From Candidatus Marinacidobacterales bacterium (GTDB lineage: Bacteria > Acidobacteriota > Vicinamibacteria > Marinacidobacterales > SMYC01), in NCBI GenBank assembly GCA_965237955.1, contig OZ250169.1:4256001-4320000 (forward strand): a stretch of DNA of 64,000 nucleotides, read 5' to 3'. A model generated the notes under the pieces. The model worked only from the letters and a program-made list of their open reading frames with translations. It did not search any database and was not told the DNA's origin. This document shows, in pieces, positions 18,586-30,003 of this stretch. The number at the start of each line of letters is the position of its first letter. The first letter of the stretch is position 1. Position numbers and translations under genes: made by a program.

Positions 18586-20956
18586 CTAATTCGAACGTGG
18601 CTCGGTAGCCGGTTGCTGAGGCAGGAACGTTTCGACAGCGTCGGGTTTACCGATGTGGAAGCCCTGTCCGAAGTCGACGCCAGCCTCCCTGACGAGCGTG
18701 AGCGTTTCCTCGCTTCCGACGAACTCGGCGACGGTGCGTTTGCGGAGGGCTCGAGCCACCTCGACCATGGCGCGGACGAGGTGCTGGTCGACTTTGTTCT
18801 TCGGAAGGTCGCGGATGAAGCTTCCATCGATCTTCAAGTAGTCCACGGGTAGGGTCTTGAGCTTGTGGAATGACGAAAACCCGACCCCGAAGTCATCGAG
18901 TGCCAGGTGGCAGCCAATTTGTTTCAGAGCGATCGCGAAAATCTTCGCGCGCTCGCTATCCGAGATCGCCGTGGTTTCCGTGATCTCGAATGTGAGGTTC
19001 CTCGCGTCGACGTCGTTCTCGTCGAGCTCTTTTTCGATTAACGTCGTCAGCTCGAAGTCTCCCAGGGGATTTCCCCGAGAGATTAACCGACAGTCGGATG
19101 TTGTTGCCGACTTTTTGCTGGCGCCCCATCAGCTTGATGGATTGGCGCACCACCCAGCGATCGATCGAACGGATGAGCCCGAAGCGCTCCGCGGTGGGGA
19201 GGAACGACGCCGGCGGCATCAGCTCGTTGTTCTCGCCCAACATGCGGATCAAGATCTCGAACTGGACGATGGTGTTGGTCTTCAAGTCGAGAATCGGCTG
19301 AGCATGGAGGACGAACCGACCCCGCGCCAGCGCCTCGCGGATGAGTTTGTCTCCGGAGAGTCTGGAATCGACCTCTGCCTGCCAGTTCTCGTCGGGCTTG
19401 AACACCACGAACTGATCGCGGCCGCGTTGCTTCGCGCGCGCGCGAGCTTGGTCGGCACGGGAGAGAAGCTCTTCAGCGCTCGCCCCGTGCTCGGGATAAA
19501 ACGCGACCCCGACGCTTCCGGTCACACCCACCGGTTGGTCGCCAGCGTCGACGGAGTGATTGCGCACTTCCTTCAACAACCGCTCGCCGACGAATTCCAC
19601 CTCGCTAGGACGCGTTTCGGTGATGAGAATTGCGAACTCGTCGCCGTCGAGGCGGGCGAGCATATCGTTCGCGCGGACGTGTTTTCGCAGCAGGCGCGCG
19701 AGCCCACTCAGGAGTTTGTCACCGGTGCTGTGGCCCAGACTGTCGTTGACGTATTTGAGATCGTCGAGGTCGAGCAAGAGTACGGCACCGCCAGCGCCCG
19801 AACGTTGGGCGCGCGCGATCACCCGACCGAACTCTTCGACGAAGCGACGACGCGTGTACAGCGATGTGAGCGGATCGTGATCGGCGAGGAACAGTAGGTG
19901 GTCATCGAAGCGTTTGCGCTCGGTCTGATCGCGCGCGATGAGCGAAACGAGCTCGACGGCGCCACTTTCGGTGCAGTGGGGGATAGCGGTGAGTGAGATC
20001 GGCACCTCGGTATCGTCTACGCCGACAAGCGCGGATTCTCCTTGCCACCGTCCCTCTTCGATCGCCGTGGGGATGGCGTTGTGCGTGATCTGCTTCCGCG
20101 CCCACTCGGGTAGAAAATCGTCGAGCCGCAAACCGAACTGGCGAGGCTCGTGGATCCCGAGAAGCACCCGCGCCGCCGGGTTGATGTAGCGTATTTCGCC
20201 GCGTGTCGTCGTCGTCACCACCGGATCGAGGATCGCGTCGAGGATGGTGTCGAGGCGCTCTTTCGACGAGTCAGTCGCTTTCTGCCGCGTGGTATCACGG
20301 ACGATCGCAAGCACTTCGTTGTCTCCGGAGAGCGCAAACCGCGCTTGGTAGCTTCGTGTCTCGTCACCTTCGTCGAGAACGAACTCGAAGTGCTGGGGCT
20401 TGTTTTCGACGAAGACCTGCGCGAGTGCCTCGACACACTGATCGGCAACGCTCTCGGGAACGATTTCGCTGAGCTTTTTGCCGACAGCGGGCTCCGAAGT
20501 GACAAGAGATGGGGCGCCTTCTGGCGCTTGGTGGCCGAGCACGTGGCCGTCGTGGTCGAGTCGAAAAATGGTGTCGGGAATCGCGTCGGTGAGAGCTGCG
20601 ACTTTGGTCTCGCTCTCGAGACGGCGCAGCTCGGAGACGTTTCGCTCGCCGGCGAGTAGAGCGGCCTCGCGAGAGATACGGCCGAGCTCGTCGGCTCGCT
20701 GGATGGGGAGCTCCTTCGGGATGGGTCCTGAGCCCGCGCGAAGCTGAGCGAGCCCTTTGGCGATTCGGGCGAGCGGCGCGCAAATGATTCGTTGGATGAT
20801 CGTCACCACGTACGCGAGGGCGATCGAAAAACTCAGAGTGTAGGCTACCGCGCGAGGACCGGGAGGCTGCCCGGCGAAGAGATAGCCGCCGCCAATAGCG
20901 AGCACGAGTACGGGCGCGAGCCACGAGATGAGTTGGCGGAGGAGTGACTTGGTCAT
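18586..20956 (-). pseudogene. Membrane HAMP-PAS-PAS-GGDEF-EAL c-di-GMP enzyme with a single +1 frameshift near 19065
   Basis: Motifs are HDPLTSL, DLDDLKYVNDSLGH, RLDGDEF, EILIR and NLSGKS. The adjacent frame continues ..FEITE..DDFG..LKIDGSF..AEFV..QGF. Confidence 0.88.
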
Positions 20957-20989
20957 CAGTGTGATTTTCGAGCCCGTTCCGAGCACTAA

Positions 20990-22266
20990 GTAGTCTTTTT
21001 CATAAGTACAGTGACGTATATTTAAGTTGCTGAAAGAGCGCCTCTCTGGCATGATTCTGCCCATTGGAGCAGATAAATGCCTAGAGAATCGCCGTTTGAC
21101 ATTGAGTTGACCGTCGACGAGCACGATATCCTTGAAGAAACAGCCAGAGCATATACGTCACCGTATATCGATGTTGTTCGTGCAAAGATCATTCTGTATG
21201 CCGCCGAAGGCCTGACGAACAAGGAGATTGGAGAGCGCCTCGACACTCCGCGACAGATCGTGAGCAAGTGGCGGAAGCGTTTTTTCGACCAACGCCTGGC
21301 AGGGCTGCAAGAGCAGCCCCGCCGGGGGCGGCCCGGCCAGTTTTCCCCCCTCCGTCGTCGTCGCCGTAAAGGCTCTCGCGTGTGAGTTGCCGCACCAAAC
21401 TGGACTGCCGCTCTCACGACTCAGCACCGCGGACCTCCGTCGAGCCGCGATCGACCGTGGGATCGTGGCGAACATCGGACAGACGACCATCTGGCGTTGG
21501 TTGAGTGAGGACGCCATTAAGCCCTGGACCCATCGTAGCTGGGTGTTCCCGCGCGACCCGGACTTCGAAGCCAAAGCAGCTCCCATTCTCGACCTCTACC
21601 AAGGACGTTGGCGTCGTAAGCCCTTCTCTGGAAACGAGTTCGTCATCAGCGCCGATGAGAAACCCCGTATCCAGTGCCGGCTTCGCACATACCCGACGAC
21701 TTCGACGGCTCCAGGGCGGCCGATGCGCATCGAGCATGAGTACTCTCGTGAAGGCACGGTGAACTACCTTGCCGCATGGGATGTTCACCGCGCGAAAGTC
21801 TTCGGTCATTGCGAACCGAAGAGCACGATCGTCTCCTTCGAGCGCTTCGTCGGGCAAGTCATGCGTCGCAAGCCCTATCGCACCGCGAAGCGAGTCTTCT
21901 GGATCGTCGATAACGCTTCCATTCATCGCGGCAAAGCTTCTGTCGAGCGCTTCCGGCAACAGTGGCCTAATTCCGTACTCGTTCATACCCCAACCCATGC
22001 CAGCTGGCTCAATCAAGTCGAGATCTTCTTCTCTATCGTTCAAAGAAAGGTCCTCACCCCGAACGACTTCTTGGCACCCGACGACATCCCTTTCCATCTT
22101 TCCAAGTTCGAACGCTACTACGAGGACATCGCTCGACCCTTTCAATGGAAATTCACCCGCAAAGACCTCAAACAGCTGATGAAACGCCTTGCCGTATACG
22201 AACCTCGTCTTGCTTCCGCCGCTTGACCGTTGAAAAATACGTCACCGAACTTTCGGGATAGCGTAC
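20990..22266 (+). mobile_element. IS630-family element
   Basis: Imperfect terminal IRs of about 33 bp (gtagtctttttcataagtacagtgacgtat / atacgtcaccgaactttcgggatagcgtac) are flanked by a duplicated TAA in a C-TAA-G context. Confidence 0.88.
21077..22226 (+). CDS. IS630 transposase in two ORFs joined by a frameshift at TTTTCCCCCC (21341-21350)
   Basis: The HTH ORF reads RAKIIL..KWRKRF..PRRGRP. The DDE ORF reads SADEK, HEYSREG, VDN..H and HASWLNQVE. Confidence 0.9.
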
Positions 22267-22302
22267 TAAGCAAGGGGGTGCCGCACGCTCTGCCCACTAC
22301 GT

Positions 22303-22318
22303 TGCAACGTTCGCGCCA
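22303..22318 (-). promoter_or_regulatory. Sigma-54 (-24/-12) promoter, probably the original promoter of the GGDEF/EAL gene
   Basis: The minus strand reads TGGCGC-GAACG-TTGCA, matching TGGCAC-N5-TTGCW. Confidence 0.6.
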
Positions 22319-22452
22319 CTTCCAGGCAGGAAAGGGTCGGTCGAAGTACTTACGTTTCAATAAGATCACAGGGGCGCGGCCATTGTCCCCAGGCTAGACA
22401 TAGGCTTTTCCCTACGGCGAGATCGCCTGGTCGTGCAAAATGAAACTTGCTT

Positions 22453-24225
22453 TCAGCGTGGCTTCGCGAGTTGGAAGCGAACGAAGGCGATGGTGCCGAG
22501 CACGATCGCGGCAACGAGCACCGTTCCTGCGTTCACGAGGCCCTTGTCGGCATACCACACGATCAGATAGCCCAGTGAGCCGGGTAAGAGCGCGTAGTAA
22601 ATGAACGGAAGGAATGTCATGCGAATGACCATCCCTTCTCGCCCGAGAAGGCCCACGACCGCGGAGGCGGCGACGACATTGTGGACGCAAATCATGTTGC
22701 CCGCGGCACCACCGACAGCTTGAAGGGCGACGACCCAGCTCGGGTCGACACCGATGCGCTCGCCTACACCGAACTGGAACAACGAGAACATCATGTTGCT
22801 GACGGTGTTGCTTCCGGCCACGAACGCGCCCATACCGCCGATGAACGGGGCGAAGATCGGCCACGCACCGCCCACGAGGGATGCGACGCCATCTGCAAGC
22901 ACAATCGGCATCCGCTCCAATCCCGCGGCCCCGTTATTGCTGTTGAGAAAGACTTGGACCATGGGGACGGTGAAGACGAGCGCCACCGAAGCGGCTGCGG
23001 TCGTCTTCAGCGAGCTGGTCCACGCGTTCTTGTACGAACGGCCGTCGATTTTGTGGAGGAAGTACGTGGCCAGTGAAGCTACGACGAAAATTGTTCCCGG
23101 GAGCGTCAGCGGTTGGAAGCTGGCGTTGACGGGCGAGCCGAAGATTTCCTGCCATGACACCGACCACCCGTTCAGCCATCCTCCAAAGGGCAGGTTCCTC
23201 AGTCGGGTGAGGATGAGGAGCGCGACGACGATGCCGTAAGGCGACCAAGCCAGTACAGGGCTCATCGTCTTCGCGGCGCGGTCGCCGTCGCGGATCTCCA
23301 TCGTGCCCGACCACTCCGGCTCCCACGTCTCTTTCGGCTCGAAGTCCCAGTACTCGGACGGTTTCGGCATCAACAGTCCGTTCTTGGCGGCAACAACGAC
23401 GATGACGAGCCCGATGGGCGCGCCGAGAAGAGAAGGGAACTCGGGGCCGAGTACGTTCGCGATGATCAAGTACGGAATCGTCATCGCGAACGCCGCGAAC
23501 AACGCGAACTTCCACACGCGGAGTCCCTCGGCGAACGAGCGATGTTTTCCGAAAAAACGTGTCATGAACGCGACCACGATGAGCGGGACGAGCGTGCCCG
23601 CTGCGGCGTGGAGCAGCGCCACTTTGGCTCCGATCATCGCCAGGAACGCGGGCCATTCCGACAGTCCTTGTGCGGCAGCGAATGCTTGGACGTTCGCGGC
23701 GTCGGTCAGGCCAGTGCTGACGCCGATGAGGATTGGGGTTCCTACCGCACCAAACGAAACCGGAGTGCTTTGAATGATCATGCCGGCCATCACCGCGGCG
23801 AGCGCGGGGAAGCCGAGTCCGACGAGAAGCGGAACGGCGACGGCCGCGGGCGTGCCGAACCCGGCGGAGCCTTCGATGAATGCACCGAAGAGCCACGCAA
23901 TGATGATGACTTGAACACGGCGATCGGGAGTGATGTTGACGAAACCTTGGCGGATGGTTCTGAGCGCGCCGCTCTCTTTGAGAGTATTCAACAGGAGAAT
24001 GGCGCCGAAAATGATGTAGAGAAGCGTTCCCGCCACGATCAGTCCGTTGACGCTCGCCGCCGCGACTTGAACGCCGGGAACGCGCCAAACGAGTAGCGCG
24101 AGCGCGACCGCCACGATGTAAGAGAGCGGCATCGCGCGAGCCGCGGGCCATCGCAGGATCACGAGAAACAGCGCGACCGTGAGGATCGGCAGCAGAGAAA
24201 GGAACGAGAGGACGTAGATGCTCAT
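22453..24225 (-). CDS. lctP: L-lactate permease (LctP family)
   Basis: Motifs are [45 protein letters not shown] and [10 protein letters not shown]. Confidence 0.92.
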   Translation of the reverse strand: MSIYVLSFLSLLPILTVALFLVILRWPAARAMPLSYIVAVALALLVWRVPGVQVAAASVNGLIVAGTLLYIIFGAILLLNTLKESGALRTIRQGFVNITPDRRVQVIIIAWLFGAFIEGSAGFGTPAAVAVPLLVGLGFPALAAVMAGMIIQSTPVSFGAVGTPILIGVSTGLTDAANVQAFAAAQGLSEWPAFLAMIGAKVALLHAAAGTLVPLIVVAFMTRFFGKHRSFAEGLRVWKFALFAAFAMTIPYLIIANVLGPEFPSLLGAPIGLVIVVVAAKNGLLMPKPSEYWDFEPKETWEPEWSGTMEIRDGDRAAKTMSPVLAWSPYGIVVALLILTRLRNLPFGGWLNGWSVSWQEIFGSPVNASFQPLTLPGTIFVVASLATYFLHKIDGRSYKNAWTSSLKTTAAASVALVFTVPMVQVFLNSNNGAAGLERMPIVLADGVASLVGGAWPIFAPFIGGMGAFVAGSNTVSNMMFSLFQFGVGERIGVDPSWVVALQAVGGAAGNMICVHNVVAASAVVGLLGREGMVIRMTFLPFIYYALLPGSLGYLIVWYADKGLVNAGTVLVAAIVLGTIAFVRFQLAKPR

Positions 24226-24458
24226 CGCGTTGGGCCTCCGCCCCGTTGATGCTGACAATGCTGATAATAATGTGGCGGTTCGGGGTCGGCCGGCCAAGGA
24301 GCCGAATTGTAGCGCGCGGAGAGCCTAGGGGTCACGGTTGAGCGCCTCCTTCCGCATCCTTACGTTGACCGGCGCAGAGCCTAGCACATGCGGTACGGAA
24401 CTCAAAGGCTTGGTAGGAATTTGGGATAGAGGTCGTCCGGGTCTAGAATGCGCCGAAT

Positions 24459-25178
24459 ATGTTTGGGACACGCACCATCGCCGTCGTCGCTCTTGCCGGT
24501 ATTTCGGGCTCGTCATTCGGGCAGTCGTCGGCCATCAATGCCACCATCGAAGGCGTCATTCAGGATGCGAGCGGAGGCGCCGTGCCCGGCGTGGCCGTTA
24601 CCGTCATCAACACCGGCACCGGGCTTGCTCGCGTGGTCACGACCAACGAGGCCGGATACTACCGCGCGCGGCTCCTTCCGCTCGGGACCTGCCAGTCTCC
24701 GCCGAGATTCCCGGGTTCACCCGTTTCGCCCAAGACGGTGTCGTCCTCACCGCGGGCATGACCGCACGCGTCGACGTGACGCTGAACGTGGGTCAGGTTC
24801 GAGAATCGGTCACGGTATCCGCGGATGCTCCGGTGGTGCGGCCGGGAAAGATCGAGCTCGGCCGGGTCCTCGACTCGAGAGAGATCGACAACAACCCGCT
24901 GGTGTCGCGTAATCCTTTCAACTTCGCGTTGCTCCAGGCCAACGTGACCGGCTACGAGAACGAAGAGTTCGGTGTTCCCCGCATCAATGCCAACGGAACG
25001 CAGATGCGCACGAACTACCAGATGGACGGGAACACTGACATGCAGAAAAACCGTGCCGGGCTCAGGCTCGCTCCGATCTCGTAGATCATGGTGCAGGAAG
25101 TGAACGTCGTCACTTCCGGCTTCGCTCCCGAGTTCGGAAAAACGACGGGCATGGTCTATAACGTCGTCACGCCGTCGC
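24459..25178 (+). pseudogene. TonB-dependent receptor N-terminal remnant (CarboxypepD_reg + plug)
   Basis: It reads IEGVIQDASGGAVPGV...TNEAGYY, with a frameshift near 24695, an in-frame TAG at 25082 and VTSGFAPEFG, and is then truncated. Confidence 0.85.
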
Positions 25179-25262
25179 GCCCTCGAGGAGTGGCAGCTCG
25201 CGAAGTCCCTGTTCAGTGTGTTCCGGGGGATCTCGTAGGGGCTGCCCCCAAACAACTCCGAT

Positions 25263-26123
25263 CTACCACCGAAGCGACTTAGAAAGTCGAGACCCATCGG
25301 CGAGTGTAACAACGACGTCAATGCTCCCCTTCCGGTCAGCCGCAGTCCAATCGCTTCGCCTCTCCCACAAAAGCGCCGTCTCCTTCGGTCCAAGGCGCTG
25401 AGCCAGTGGCGTGACCGGTCGCCCCCGTTCGCTATTCATGCTGTCGTGGGTGTCGGTAAGCTCCACCGAAATCAACGCGAGACCTTGATTCGAAAGGTTG
25501 TGCGCTCGCACTCTGAGAACGTACGGGTCTCCGGGATTGGGCGCCGATGGAAGGATTTCAATGATGAGCTCAGCGGCACGCGATTCGCTCGGCGAGCCGT
25601 CGGTTGTTAGCTCGGTGCTGGATTCTTGGAATCGTTGTCCTGCTTCTCGCGCCTCGAGCTCGCTCAAGCTCACGACTTGCGCCATCAGAATCTTGACTTC
25701 GAAGTTGTTGGGTTCGAGCTTGAGGGCACCTTCGTAGGCGAGGATCGCCTCCTCGTAGTCGCCCGCTTCCGTCGCCGACGTGGCGCGGCGGATGTGAGCA
25801 GCGACCTTCGACGCTCTCTCGCTTGCGGTCATCATCCGCACGCGAGTGCGGGGCGCCGGCTCGTCGCGGAGTTTCGTGATGATCGGCTCGGGCGCAGGGG
25901 CTTCAGGCGCGTCCTCGGAAACGGGGGCGGGCGATGGCTCGGGGGCGCGATCTTCCAGAGCCACGTGCGTCGGCTCGGGCTCGGGCGCTGCAGGCGGAGG
26001 ACCCGAACGGCCGGTGAAGTAAAACAAAAGCGTGCTCCCTATTATCGCGGCGAGGATCCACATGACGACGAACGTCAGAAACTGTGACCACCGCACACGG
26101 GCGGTGCGCGCGGGCATCGGCAT
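25263..26123 (-). CDS. Membrane-anchored TPR-containing hypothetical protein
   Basis: It has one TM segment, a Pro-rich linker, a TPR-like stretch GDYEEAILAYEGALKLEPNN and a beta-rich C-terminus. Confidence 0.65.
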   Translation of the reverse strand: MPMPARTARVRWSQFLTFVVMWILAAIIGSTLLFYFTGRSGPPPAAPEPEPTHVALEDRAPEPSPAPVSEDAPEAPAPEPIITKLRDEPAPRTRVRMMTASERASKVAAHIRRATSATEAGDYEEAILAYEGALKLEPNNFEVKILMAQVVSLSELEAREAGQRFQESSTELTTDGSPSESRAAELIIEILPSAPNPGDPYVLRVRAHNLSNQGLALISVELTDTHDSMNSERGRPVTPLAQRLGPKETALLWERRSDWTAADRKGSIDVVVTLADGSRLSKSLRW

Positions 26124-26219
26124 GGCTTAGTGTTGGATGTCGAGATCCAGAATAGGGGACGCTGCGACGGTCTTCAAGTGAGGCGGTGGGTGTGTTTCGT
26201 TCCCCCCGTTACGGTATAC

Positions 26220-26495
26220 CTACTTCTTCTCCCACGCTCTGCCTTCGGGCGTCTTCAGCCACGTCTGACCTTCGTGTGACGCGAGCCATCGCGCGTCCTT
26301 GGTGGTTCGTCGAAGCCAGAAATCGATTTTGTTGATAACGACTTCTCCCAGAGTCCATGCGACGAACATCCCGACGAACGCGGCAAGAAATGCCCAACTA
26401 CCAAGTGTGGGCCGAGTCGCGGCGAAGGCCGCTACGACGCCCAAACCACTCACGCCAGCGGCGAAGAAGATTCTGAATGGTTTTGCAACATACAT
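26220..26495 (-). CDS. Small hypothetical membrane protein
   Basis: A 91-aa ORF with two hydrophobic helices. Confidence 0.5.
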   Translation of the reverse strand: MYVAKPFRIFFAAGVSGLGVVAAFAATRPTLGSWAFLAAFVGMFVAWTLGEVVINKIDFWLRRTTKDARWLASHEGQTWLKTPEGRAWEKK

Positions 26496-26527
26496 TCAGA
26501 GTGCTCGTTGAAGCGTGATTAAAATGG

Positions 26528-27376
26528 TCAACGGAGCGGGTCGGCCGGGCCGAGCCACGTCAGCTGAACGCCGGCGCCACCGGGGACGAGCATCGGAGTG
26601 AGCGCGAGCCGCTCCTTGGCGATAGTGACAGTCACCGTGCGACCGCTCATGATCCCGAGCGCCGCGCCGAAAATGACATCGCTCAAGTAGTGCCGCCCCT
26701 CGTTCAACCGCGAGCTCGCGACGTAGCTCGCGAACGCGTAGGCAGGAATGCCGACGCGTAAGCCGTATCGCTTCTGCAGCACCGTCGCCGTCGCAAACGA
26801 CGCCGAGGTGTGTCCCGAAGGGAACGAGGTCGTGCCCGACCCGTCTGGCCGCTCTCGACCGGCAGCGACTTTGATCCCGAAGGTGATGACCCCGGCGACG
26901 ACCTGTGCACGTACGAGGTCGCGCCCGAGATCCTCCACGCCCGGGTTCGAGAAAAGCTTTCCCAGGCCGAACGTCGTCACCGCGATCGCGGCCTGCGCGT
27001 AACCGGCGCCCGCGATCTCGCCCGCTTCGAAGACTTGGTCGAGCGAGCCTCCCCTGTTGAGCTCGTTGAGCTCGGAGTTCAGACGGCTGGTGGCAACGCG
27101 TTGGTCGAAGTGGCTCGCCCCCCACGCCGCCCCTAGACCGACGCCGACAATCGCGAGGTTTTCTTTCGTGGTGAAGACGTTCTTGAAGTCGATTCCGATC
27201 TGCCGCACGAGGTTCGGAGACGAGCGGTCCTCTTCCTCGACCCGTTCGGTCGTGCGCTGGCCGTAAAAGTAGGTCCTCGGGATGAAGAAGGGATCGAGCC
27301 GCTCACCGCCAACGGCCCGCGGGCACGTGATGCCAAGCGCCAGAAGAGACCAACAAAAGCAAACTCGTCCGTTCAT
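26528..27376 (-). CDS. PAP2-family phosphatase
   Basis: All three PAP2 motifs are present: K..AGRERP, SFPSGHT and SRLNEGRHYLSDV. Confidence 0.9.
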   Translation of the reverse strand: MNGRVCFCWSLLALGITCPRAVGGERLDPFFIPRTYFYGQRTTERVEEEDRSSPNLVRQIGIDFKNVFTTKENLAIVGVGLGAAWGASHFDQRVATSRLNSELNELNRGGSLDQVFEAGEIAGAGYAQAAIAVTTFGLGKLFSNPGVEDLGRDLVRAQVVAGVITFGIKVAAGRERPDGSGTTSFPSGHTSASFATATVLQKRYGLRVGIPAYAFASYVASSRLNEGRHYLSDVIFGAALGIMSGRTVTVTIAKERLALTPMLVPGGAGVQLTWLGPADPLR

Positions 27377-27379
27377 GCG

Positions 27380-27733
27380 TCACCCCCTTGAAAACGTAAG
27401 GTAAACGTGGTGCTCATCGAACGAGAACGGCTTGGTGACGTAGTCGTCGGCGCCGGTATCGAGCCCGGTGACGGCGTCTCGCGGCGTATCCCGAGCGGTG
27501 AGCATCAGAATCGGCGTGTGAAAGCCTTGGTCCCGAAGCCGCCACGCTACTTCCAAGCCATCCATCACCGGGAGCATGACGTCGAGGATCACGACATCGA
27601 ACCCCCGCGGCACGGCGAAATCGAGCCCTTCGGCGCCGTCCGCGGTCACCGTGGTGACGTGGCCCTTCCCGCTCGAAGCCCGCTCCAGGAGGGCCGCCAT
27701 GCGCTCGTCGTCCTCGACGATCAGGATTTCCAC
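27380..27733 (-). pseudogene. OmpR-type response regulator, receiver only (truncated)
   Basis: It reads ILIVEDD, ILDVMLP.MDG, MLTARD and GADDYVTKPFSFDE, then ends with no DNA-binding domain. Confidence 0.78.
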
Positions 27734-27779
27734 GAGCGCAGTGTATGTGAGAACTCTGAAGAAATGCTGAAGCCTCCTA

Positions 27780-28505
27780 TCAGCGACCCGCGACGTTCAG
27801 CCACGGTGTGTGTCGTTTGAGAGACCGGAGCACCACGTACCCAAGACTCCCGCCGGCAAGGACCACTATCCACGGTGGATCGAGCGTAGTGCGACTTTCC
27901 ACGCTCCAATTTCCCATCAGCTCGAGGAGCACCAAGGTCGCGATGACGCCGAGCCAGCTCGAGGACTCTCGCCGGAGTACGGTTCTCACCGAGAACGGCA
28001 AGGAGGGCTGACGAAAGAGTCGCACGTTCGGAAAAAATGCTGGCGTCTGCCGTGCCCACCGAAGGTAGCGGTTTTTGAACTTGCCTCGAAGAAACTCTTC
28101 CTCCGCATACATGATGCGCTCGTAGTAGATCCAGAAAACAGCTGCTACCGAAAACGCAAGCCACCAGCTTCGAGGCACGAGCGCGACGCCGAGCCAGATG
28201 AGAAAGTTCCCCAAATAGAGCGGGTGCCGCACGAGCGAATAGGCTCCGGTCGTGTTGAGGTGCTCGCAAATTGGACATCGAGTGTTCCGTCCCGAGGTTC
28301 CACTCGGAGCGTGTCCCACGACGTAAGCGCGAACCAAGAGCCCCGCAAAGGCGGTAGCTAGGCAAAACGATTCCCACGGTGAGCCGGGTCGAATTGAGAC
28401 GGCCCGCATTTGGGACAGTACGAGAGCCAGTGCGGCGAGCGGAAAATAACTACGCCAGCGAAACAAGAACTAACCCGCGACCGCAAATTCCTCTCGTAGG
28501 GGCAT
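27780..28505 (-). pseudogene. ICMT/PEMT-family methyltransferase similar to lipid A phosphate methyltransferase LmtA; in-frame TAG at codon 12
   Basis: It reads MPLREEFAVAG*FLFRWRSY, GTSGRNT, LNTTGAYSLVRHPLYLGN, YYERIMYAEEEFL and FSVRTVLRRE. Confidence 0.75.
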
Positions 28506-28824
28506 GGCAGGAGCATCGTAGGATCTCGGATTGAAGAATCCCTGAAGATTGACTTGAGTTACGATCGACCACAATGGTCACGAGAGTCACGGAACGCGAG
28601 GAGCTCTCCTCGTTTCACCCGTTGCCCCTCCTCGACCAGAAGCTGAACTAGGAGAGCGCTAAAAAGTGAGGGGTCACGGCGGCAGGTGCAGGACGTGCCA
28701 CCCGTAAAGATATGAGGAGCGGTGCTTCCGCCATCGAGTGTTGGCGGCCGAGCCCTAAACTGCCTGCGTGCTAGAGTTTGAGCCCGATTTACCGGCGGGT
28801 GATCGAGCTCCTTGCTACCCCTGT

Positions 28825-29163
28825 AAGTGCTCGGTGAGGTCGGCACCGCGAACATCAAGATCGTGATCCCACCTCGACGAGGGGCGGTACCTTTGGACGG
28901 CGCCGAGGGCACGGCGCAGCGGAACGCGACCCTCGAGACGATTCGCAATGTCGGGCGCCAAGGCTGGCAGCAGGAGTCAGGGCATCGACGACAGGGCGCT
29001 GGCGAGAATCTTGTCTTCAGGTACAAGCGCACGCTCGGAAACAGCCTTCGCGCGCGCGGCTACGAATCGCAAAAACGGGAGGCAAGGATAACGATCGTCG
29101 GGGAGTAAGTTGGGCCGCCAATAGGATCCGTGCGTGTCCAGAACTGATTCATGCACCAACGCC
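28825..29163 (+). mobile_element. IS5-family (IS903 group) 3' remnant with right IR
   Basis: It reads VIPPRRGA..QRN...WQQESGH...FRYKRTLG.SLRAR. The terminal gattcatgcaccaacgcc resembles the IR of the complete IS5. Confidence 0.78.
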
Positions 29164-29187
29164 CAACGGGTTCCGAATCGACTCGGT

Positions 29188-30000
29188 TCACAAAAAACGC
29201 TCGATGCTCGAAGCCACCCTCTCAGCGTGCGACCACACCATCCAATGACCCGCCTCGGCTACGAGCTCGACTTCGGCTCCGGGAACGAGCTCGGCGAGCC
29301 GCTCACCATGGCTCGGGGGGAAATGATGGTCCCGCTCGCCCCACAATGCGAGCGTGGGACGACGAATCTTCTCGTAGTATCGAGGCAGTTCCGGCAAGAA
29401 GCCTTGATAGCCGCCGCACATCCGGGAGATGAAGCGACGCACATCGGGGCGACGAAAATGCTCCCAAAAATCACTGTGAAGCTCTCGCGGAAGCTTCGCC
29501 GGCCGCTCGAGAAAAGTCTGTTCTGCCCGGCGAAACACGATCCGGGGAAACCTCTCGATCAAGAATCTATTCCAACCATGCTGTCGAAGAAGGCGGATCT
29601 CCCACGAAGTCGGCTCGTCCGATAGCACGAGCGAGTTCATAATAACGATCTTTTCGATCCGCTCCGGATACTCGGCGGCCGCGACCAGCGCCGGTTGACC
29701 ACCCATGTCCACGGCCGCGAGATGAACCTTGGATAGCTTCAGCTCATCGAGGACTTGAATCAATCGCTTTGCCATGTGGACCGGCGAGGCCCCGCCGGAC
29801 CAGGGTTTGCTTGCCCCCATCCCTGGCCAATCGAATGCGATGACCTCGACGTGGCAAGCGAGCAAGTTCGCCAGGCGACAAAAAATCTGAAGCGTCTCAG
29901 GATAGCCGTGGAGGAGGACGAGCGGAGGGCTCCCGTCGCCAACGCGAGCGACGCGCAGTTTGTGCCCTTCCCTCGTCGTCACCAGCCGCGTGTCCAACAT
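29188..30000 (-). CDS. Alpha/beta hydrolase (epoxide hydrolase/dehalogenase-like, Asp nucleophile)
   Basis: Motifs are LLHGYP, DWPGMG.S, AVDMGG, WGERD and AGHW. Confidence 0.88.
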   Translation of the reverse strand: MLDTRLVTTREGHKLRVARVGDGSPPLVLLHGYPETLQIFCRLANLLACHVEVIAFDWPGMGASKPWSGGASPVHMAKRLIQVLDELKLSKVHLAAVDMGGQPALVAAAEYPERIEKIVIMNSLVLSDEPTSWEIRLLRQHGWNRFLIERFPRIVFRRAEQTFLERPAKLPRELHSDFWEHFRRPDVRRFISRMCGGYQGFLPELPRYYEKIRRPTLALWGERDHHFPPSHGERLAELVPGAEVELVAEAGHWMVWSHAERVASSIERFL

Positions 30001-30003
30001 CAG

